A DNA stretch of 64,000 bases, from NCBI GenBank assembly GCA_000004985.1, contig GG738920.1. One strand, given 5' to 3'. Position numbers and translations under genes: made by a program. Position 1 is the stretch's first letter, and every line of letters begins with the position of its first letter. The DNA is from Naegleria gruberi. Its lineage: Eukaryota. Of the stretch, positions 55,609 to 64,000 are shown piece after piece. A model generated the notes under the pieces. That model searched no databases and was not told the origin of the DNA. It saw only the letters and a program-made list of their open reading frames with translations.

Positions 55609-58600
55609 ATGAAAATTCCTTCAGGAATAATTCTCCTCCTTCTACTCGGTTTTGCAGCAGCATGGTTGTTAGCAGAACATAAAGTAGAGTGCACTATCGA
55701 TCACAAAATAGTGGCAGGTGGTCTAGTCGATCCAATCACTGGTATCGATGCATCTGGTTTCAAATTCAAAAATCCTGCTTCTGCATGTGTAAATCCTAAA
55801 ACTGGTGATGTATTCTTGACTGATGCTGATACCATCAACAAACCAAGTTTAGGTTTTAATAGAATATTCAGGGTAAATAGACAAACTAACATCATTACTA
55901 CCTATGCTGGTAATGGTTACTCTTCTGTAACAAGGTAAGTTAATGAATGAGCATCATGTGATGCATACATGCATGAATGTTAATTTAACATGCTTAATCA
56001 TAATCAACACATCCAAACGTGAATTTATATAGTGGAGATGGTGAATTAGCAATTGATGCTGGCATGACTCCATCAGTTTGCACTGTGGACATGGCTGGTG
56101 ATTTGTATTTTTATGATATATCCAGTTCTGCCATTAGGGTTGTCAATGGAACAACTGGAAAGATTTCCACCTTTGCATCCGTTTCTAAACCATTTTCTCT
56201 TGCAAGTGATGATAATTTCATTTACTACTCTGCAACTTTTTCTGTTGGTAAATTCAATAAGGTTACTAAGGTTAAGACTGTTTATGATAGCAGTGTTGGT
56301 ACATCATATGTTGTGTTGGGTCTGGATGGATCATTATATTACAGTGCAACCAGTGAGAAGACCATTAAGAAGGTTGACAAACAAGGTGCAATTTCGATCA
56401 TTGCTGGTCAAACCAGTGTTGGTTGTGGAAACGGCAATAAGGATGTGTGCGGTGATGGTGGATTGGCTTCCAGTGCTCTATTTTATGTAAGTATTCACAG
56501 AGGACTAGATCCATATTTAACAACATGTATTTCCTTATTAACAATTAACAGCAACCAAGTAGTCTTCATGTACAAGAAAATGGAAACCTCGTCATTGCAG
56601 ACCAATACAGAGTAAGAATGATTTCTCCAAATGGAACCGTGTCAACTCTTGCTGGTACTGGCACTTTCAATTCTTACTTTGGTGGTGCAAACGGTGATGG
56701 CAGCTCGGCAATCACTGCTGTTCTTAAAGATGTTGGTGTTATATTTGGATACAACAATACTGTTTATATTCAAGACGCGTAAGTATTCATATTCAACTTG
56801 GTTCGTCTAATCATTTCAATAGAAGAAATCTTAGATACAGAAAGGTTGAGAATAGCATTATCAATCATGCATTTGGAACTTGTGACAAGGGAGTTGCTTT
56901 TGGAGAAGGTAACAGATTGATTAATACCAATTTGAATAGTGGTTTAGCTTCTCTTGCATTCGACTCTCAAGATAACATGTATTTGGCTTGGCAAAATATT
57001 GTTTACAAGGTCTACAATGGAATTGTTAAAAGAATTGCTGGAACTGAAATTGGTGATTATGGTACTAATGGTAATGCATTGAATGCATTACTTTCTGTTG
57101 GAAAGATTATTGTGAATTCCAACAATGATGTTATTTTCCCAGCAGTAAGTTGATACTTAATTCAATTTAACCAATTTTTGATATAGGTCAACAAAGTTAA
57201 AAAGATTGAAACCTCAACTGGTTTAGTCAGAGAATTCAATATTACTGGTCTCAATAGTCCTAAAGCAATTTGCTTGGATGCAAATGACAATTTGATCATT
57301 ATGGACACCAGTAACTGTGTCATCAAATATTTCGATGTAACAACTCAACAAGTTTCGCAACTTTCCAAGACAAATGCTGGATGCGATCCTGGAGCAAGTG
57401 GTTTTTGTAAGTTTGCACATTTTCATTGTTGATTTAATCTATATAATAGTTGTCAATTCAACATTATTTAGCTCACCTTCTGATTGTGCCGTTGATAAGA
57501 AGAATGGGGATATTTACATTTCTGAGAATAACAAGATTAGAGTTATTAGAAAATCAGATAGTAAGGTGTATACCATTGCAGGTAATGGAAACTATTGTTT
57601 GAAAACAACTTACAATACGAACAAATGTGGAGATGGAGGCTTGGCAACAAGTGCTGCTATTTCAAGTAATGGTTTGGCCCTCAATTCTGCAACTTCTGAA
57701 TTGTTCTTTTCTGGTAAGTATTTAAAATATTCTATTTCGACTAATTTCAAGATAGATCTTGCTTGGGATGGTGCTAATAATAATTATTATTCAACTATTA
57801 GAAAGGTAAATTTAACATCTGGTGTCATTTCAACTGTGGCAGGAACAGGTTCTTCACCACCAAAAACTGGTACTTACATTTATGGAGAATGGTCAGATCC
57901 ATTGGCTACTCCAATTTTAGTTTCCACAGTTTCTGTTTCAAATGGTGGAAAACTCTATTTCCCAGACGGTTCCGATCAAGGGTATATCAGAACTATTAAC
58001 TCCAATAATAGAATAGTTTCAATTACAGGTCACTATTATTCGGATTCCATTTATTACAATGGTGAAAACTTGACAGCTACCGAAAGTTATCTATGTAACC
58101 CAACAAGTATTGCCAAACATAAGAATGGCGACTTGTTCTTTGGTTTGACATGTAAAACAATTGTTCAGCAAGGTGCAGTTTGGACAACTTTTTCCAGAAT
58201 TGTAAAGTTGGATTCGAATACTGGAAGAATTAATACTATAATTGGTAATTTTAAGGAAACAACTTCTCCAGATGGATTGAGTGGATTACAAACAAGTATT
58301 AGTCCATATAGAGATGCTTCTAGCTATTTCCCATTGGGAGTTGTTGTTACTGATGCAGGTGAAGTAATTTACTCAGATTCTCAATCAAATATTATTAGAA
58401 AAGTAAGTTTCTTATAAGAATTTGTGAAATTAAGCAAATATTTAGTTGAATTTAAATGGAGTGATTGAAACTATTGTTGGAACCAATACCAGTTGTCCAA
58501 ATTCCACATACACTTGTGGAGACAATGGTGATGCCAAATTAGCAAGTAAGTTTCTTCCTAAATCTTTCCAATATTAAAAACTAATCATTCCTCACGTATT

Positions 58601-61600
58601 GGAAATATATAGATTTGAAACAACCAACTGGTCTCTTCTTGACAGAAAGTGGTGTTTTATATATTGCTGACTCTGGTAATCATAGAATTAGAAAAGTTGA
58701 AAATGGAACAATCTCAACAGTGATTGGTTCTGGATATTCTTGTTCATCTGCTGGAGCTGCTTCTTGTGATAGCACTGATCCTCTTTTGGTCAAGTTGTTG
58801 GTAAGTTATTCGACACTAGTTCGTATGATAATTTTGGTTAATAGACTCCTGCTGCTGTTTATATCACTAAATCAGGAGATGTCTATGTTGCTGATACAGG
58901 AGTAAGTTATTTGATTGATATATTTCAAAGTAATCCTATCAAATTAACTATTTAGAATAACAAAGTAAGAAAGTTGAGTAATGGAATTTTGAGCACTGTT
59001 GTTGGCACCTCGTTGGATCTTCCAACTGGTTTATTCGTCGATGAGAGCAACAATGATGTTTACATTTCTGATCGTGTAAGTTTTTCAATCTTCCTTTCAA
59101 AAATGTTTACATTTTCAATAATCTTTCAAATTATTTTAATAGACTCGTACTGTTAGAAAAGTTTCTAAAGGATTTTTATCAATCTATGCTGGTACGCTTA
59201 ACAATGCAGTATATTCAATCTCTGGAAATGTTTCTTTCTGCTATCCAACTTCAATTCTTCAAACTAATGATGGAATTCTTGTTGCTGACACTGAAAGTGG
59301 CTTGATCAGATCTGTCAAACTTTCCTGTCCAACTGGATACTATGGATTGAACTGTGAATATTACAACTGTTTTGGAATTAGCAGCTTAAACTCAAATACC
59401 TGCAATGGATTTGGTAATTGTTCAGCACCTGACGTTTGTAGTTGTGACAGCAGTCATGAAGGAAGTCAATGTGAAATTGGAAAGTGTTTTGGAATTTCAA
59501 AAAATAACTCAATGGTTTGCACTGGACATGGGTTATGTCTTTCACTTGATACTTGTTCGTGTAATGGTGATTATTACGGTGAAAAATGTAATTTACCTTA
59601 TTGTTTCTCAATCAGATCAAACGAAACTTCTGTTTGTTCTGGACAAGGCAACTGTGTTGAAAAGGATCAATGCTCATGTAGAAATAATTATTTGGGAGCA
59701 ATGTGTGAAAATGCACCATGTTTTGGAGTTTCTTACAACGCATCTAATGTTTGTTCTGGAAATGGAGAATGTGTTTCTCTCAATAACTGTACTTGCGATG
59801 AAGGTTATTATGGAGATTTATGTAATTTACCAATTTGTTTCTCTATCAAATCCAATGACTCATCAGTTTGTTCTGGACAAGGTGATTGTATTGGAAAGGA
59901 TCAATGCTCATGTAGAAATAACTATTTAGGAGCAATGTGTGAAAATGCACCATGTTTTGGAATTGTTTACAATGCAACAAATGTTTGCAGTGGACATGGA
60001 TTGTGTGTTTCAGGAAGTTGTCAATGTTCAGATAATTATTTTGGATCTAACTGTAGTGTCACCACTTGTTTTGGAACGGCCAGTAATGACAGCTCAGTAT
60101 GTAGTGGTAATGGTATTTGTTCTTCTTTTGATGAATGCAAATGCTCAACTGGATACACTGGAGTTAATTGCAATGTTTCAACTTGTTATGGATTACCTGC
60201 CACTAATGCAAGTGTATGTAGCGGACATGGATTGTGTACTTCTCCGAACCAATGTTCTTGTAATCAAGGTTGGAATGGAACTTATTGTAATGTTACTTCC
60301 TGTTTTGGTATTGTTTCTACAAGTGTTTCCAATGTTTGTAATGGACATGGTTCATGTATAGCTCCAAATGAATGTTCATGCAAACAAGGATATCTTGGTT
60401 CTTCATGTAATGTTACTTTCTGTTATGGAGTTTCTTCCAATGAGTCCAATGTTTGTTCTGGTCACGGAACTTGTGGAGATTTAAATTCTTGTTCCTGCTC
60501 TTCCGATTGGTACGGATCCAAGTGTAACATTACCACTTGTTTCGGTATTAAGGGAGACCAAAATACTGTCTGCAGTGGCCATGGCTCATGTCCATCAACC
60601 AATCAATGTAACTGTCAAGAGAATTATTATGGCACATCATGTTCTGTTCGTTGTGACTCTAATACCTGCAATGGACATGGTAACTGCTCATCAACAGGTC
60701 AGTGTCAATGTTTCTCAGATGTAGAACATGGTTTCTGGACCTCTTCTAATTGTTCGAAATGTGATTCGAATAGGTATGGTGAAAATTGTTGGGTCACTAT
60801 TGGAAATAGTTCAATGGTTACTCCAGATGGAATTGGTCTTTTATTGCAACTTGTTAATCCTAATGCAAATATTAAGAATTTGCAAGTCGATTGTAATATT
60901 TTACTTTCTTCTGAGACTATTAGAAAGTTGGATTCACCAATTTGTAGATGGACTAATTTATCAACAAGTGAATTGACCATTCAAATGGGTCTTGAAAATA
61001 GTATTCAATTAGGAGATTCTTTATATGTCAATACTAATTATTTCAACACAGCCAACTTGAAACCTTCTTACATTCCAATAACTGTCATGAAAAATTCGAA
61101 TCCAACTGTTTTACCAGAAGCTGTCATTTCCACAACTTCCAAATCTTTCAGTAATTGTGATTCAATTGTTATTCAAGGATCTGAAAGTAGAGACAAGAAT
61201 TATAGAGATTTGACTTTCGAATGGCGTTTCGTCAACTCTCCTCTTTCTCCTTCTGCCTTATCTCTCATTACGCTAACCAAACCAACACTTATTTTGGCAG
61301 ATAGTCAACCATCTGGAAATTATATTGTTGAACTCGTTGTCATTTCCAAATTTGGAGCAAGAAGTTTGCCAGTTTCTTATTCATTCAAGAAACTTTCTGC
61401 CAGTATGCCACAAATCAATGCTGAAAGCAATAGTATGGATGTATTTGTCGATAGACTTCCAATAATTGTCAAGAAATATGTTTCGTACAAGTCATGCTTG
61501 GGAGAAATTTTAAAGTCGAATGAATATACAGTGAATTGGACTCAAACCAGTGGACCAACCAATGCCAAATTCGAAACTTTACCTAACGGAGACTTGGCAA

Positions 61601-63942
61601 TTTATTCATTCCAATCTCAATTGTCCAATACTTTCACATTTGTTGCAACTTTGAATTATTCAATGGAAATTGCAAGCACAAAGGTAACAATCAATACTCA
61701 TGAACCTAATTTTGCAGTTTTGGTTTATCAAACTGATTTGAATTCAACTCATGTGACTGTCAATGTTGAAAGTGATCCAGTTGAAAGTTTGGCTCAATAC
61801 AAGGATAATATTCAGTTTACTTGGAATTGTAAGAATGTGGACGAAACTAATTGTGATTCTTCCATTTTGAATACTCTTGCTTATCACGGCAATGTTAAAT
61901 CGACCAAATTCATGTTGGCTCGTAAATCTTCATTGTCAATTCGTCTCGGATTGGATGTTACCTTATCAGGAAATAATCACAGCAATGAAATGGTTGTCAC
62001 TTTCCCTAAGGACGAAACTGTTCCAGTTGTTGAATTGGTTTCAGTTTCTCCAGCTGGTTCTCAACTCACCACTGAAGACATTTTAACCATTCAATTATTA
62101 GTTCGTGTCAGTGGTCAAATTGAAAATATCGATTCTTTAATTACAAGAAATTGGAATCTCAATGGTCAACCAATTAGTAACGATTTGGTTTTATCCCCAT
62201 CTCCATCTAAATCCAATTACATTTCTCTAGATTTATCCAAACTCAGTGCTGGTTCATCAAACACTTTGCTATTCAACGTTTCAAGTGTTTCGTCTAAGTT
62301 ATTCTCAACATTTACCTATTCCTTCTCACTTGCTCCAAATCCATTGCCATGTTCATGTTCTGTTAGTCCATCAACTGGTTTCGCTCTTGAAACTCTTTTC
62401 ACAATCAGTTGTCCTAATTGTTTGACTTCCAACACTGCTCTTCAAGTTTTATTCACAGATGTCAAGACTGGAGTCAGAGTTCCACTCATGGATGCAACTG
62501 TGTCTGAGTTGACCACTCAATTACCATATACAGGTGATGAACAACTTCCATTACATTTTGTTGTTAGAAATACCAAGACAGGAGCCAAGACTGAAACCTC
62601 AGTTTTACAATCGGCTAAAGTTCCATCCGCTATCTCATTGTCAGAAGTCAAGACAAAGAAGATGGCTTGGAATGCTTTTTATAGATCTCTCTATGCTAAT
62701 GATCCAAGAAAGGTTGTTTTCAATTATATTTCAACTGTTGTCAAAGAAATGACTAGAAGAAACTCTGTCACCAGAAGAAACTTGAAGGTAACAAACTGTT
62801 TAAATGGTGGAGTGTATAATTCATTCACCAAGATGTGTGCTTGTAAGAGTGGATTCAAGAAGATTGACTGTAGCATGACTCTTTCTGATTGGAATGCAAT
62901 TGTTTTGGATAATTACGAAACTGCCAAATCAGTCATTGAAGAATTGAATTCCAGAAATAGTTTAGAAGCCCCACAAGAATCCAAGATTGCCAGCCAAATT
63001 TCATCTCTCTATCACTTGCTGGAAACTGTCGACGAGAATAGTCCAGAATTGCTCGATCAAGTTCTTTCCATTTTCAACAATACCATTCAAGATGCCACCA
63101 AATTCTCTTACATTACAATTTCGAATTCATTGGCAAGTACAATGTCTGAAATTTTGGGATTACTTTACAAGAGTCAACTCTATAATGCTGGTAATGTGAG
63201 TGTTGAATATTTTGCAAAGATTAGAGAATTGCTCAACTCGGTTGCATCTATCAAGTACAGAAATCAATTGATTGGAAGTTCTATTGATTTTGATGCTGAT
63301 ATGTTCAAGTTGACTGGAACTAAACTCTATCCTATGGATTTATCTGGAAAGAATCTTGATACAATGATTCAACTTCCAACATTAATGACCAAATATTTGA
63401 AGAATGGAGACATGAGAAAGTCAATTAGTCCAAGAATTTTCAAGAATTCAATTATTCAATCCAAACAAACTTCTGAAATTATCAATAATCAAACAGTTGT
63501 AACATACGAAACCACTCCAGGTTACTCTCTTTCCTTAGAATTCATTAATCAAAATGTTGACATTCAAGAAAAAGTTGTTAATTATTACTTTAACCTTACT
63601 AAGACAAATATTTCTGCATACAGCAATATTAAGAACTTGGTCTCTGAAGTTGTTTGTGAAAGTGATCAACCATGTGAATTACAAACCTTAGAAACAAACT
63701 TTTATGCATGTAAATGTGCCCTTCCATCCCATGTAACAGTTAGAGAGAGAACTACGTTCACTATTGTGCCAATAGTTCCACAAAATTCTATTCCAACTCC
63801 TCAAAAATCAATTGTTCCAAAAGTTTCTCCAAAAGTTTCCAAGATTGCCACTGTTTCTGATGCTTTGCAATATTCTGGAATTAATGGATGTATTGTTGGT
63901 TTGTTAATTGTTTTATGGACCTCTGTTGCTGTCTTCTTTTAA
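55609..63942 (+). CDS. very large secreted/GPI- or TM-anchored protein with N-terminal NHL repeats, about 14 tenascin-type EGF repeats and a long C-terminal region. Twelve exons: 55609..55934, 56033..56486, 56552..56778, 56823..57144, 57187..57407, 57472..57713, 57756..58402, 58446..58545, 58613..58800, 58845..58901, 58956..59075, 59143..63942.
   Basis: Signal peptide MKIPSGIILLLLLGFAAAW. All junctions keep frame and use GTAAGT-like donors with introns of 42-98 nt. Spliced NHL units include LFYQPSSLHVQENGNLVIADQYRVRMIS, SGNHRIRKVENGT, TPAAVYITKSGDVYVADTG, NDVYISDRTRTVRKVS. The last exon merges into track ORF 59302..63942 with its C-x-G-x-G-x-C...C-x-C...Y-x-G-x-x-C repeats. A hydrophobic C-terminus ends in GLLIVLWTSVAVFF. 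The 57714..57755 intron is in frame and could be retained. Confidence 0.7.
59350..60700 (+). repeat. array of about 14 tenascin-type EGF-like coding repeats (~31-codon period)
   Basis: Repeating CFG(I/V)xxxNxSxVCSGxGxCxxxxxCxCxxxYxGxxCN pattern, read directly from the translation. Confidence 0.7.
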
Positions 63943-64000
63943 ATAAACAATTTTAATATTGCTAGACTTTGAAAAATGTTATTTATTCAAAAACTTCAGC

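Overview
This window is a compact, AT-rich eukaryotic nuclear region with roughly one protein gene per 2 kb. Spliceosomal introns are GT..AG, often with a GTAAGT(AT) donor, and many are only 40-70 nt. I could support about 30 protein-coding genes, two 5S rRNA genes and five tRNA genes. The 5S sequence, the frequent ATG-then-intron gene starts, the codon usage and the gene content (G-alpha, an ACG-like sensor, tenascin-type EGF proteins, DUF4116 repeat proteins) point to an amoebozoan, dictyostelid-like genome. That assignment is inference, not a database result. Note that the supplied ORF track begins many ORFs at TTG/GTG/CTG, so true starts were reassigned to ATG where the sequence allowed. 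Recognisable genes are histone H2B, a bacterial-type RIC/ScdA di-iron protein, a Cul3-like cullin, a 2OG-Fe(II) prolyl-hydroxylase-like/F-box fusion, two DUF4116 repeat proteins, a small ankyrin gene, three NHL-repeat proteins (one with a tenascin-type EGF array), a PX-domain protein, a heterotrimeric G-alpha, an esterase, an RCC1-like protein, an ACG-like membrane sensor with a degenerate cyclase domain, and two tandem Zn2Cys6 transcription-factor paralogs. The RNA genes form an inverted duplicated tRNA-Glu + 5S module bracketing about 11.5 kb, with an adjacent tRNA-Tyr (intron-containing) and tRNA-Arg. I found no CRISPR array, no transposon/retroelement ORFs and no prokaryote-style operon. 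The most novel-looking items are the P4H-F-box fusion next to a cullin, the chromosomal tRNA-linked inverted 5S pair, the eukaryotic RIC gene, and several ORF-free stretches that may carry ncRNAs. Exon coordinates were derived by hand and should be treated as +/-1-2 nt.
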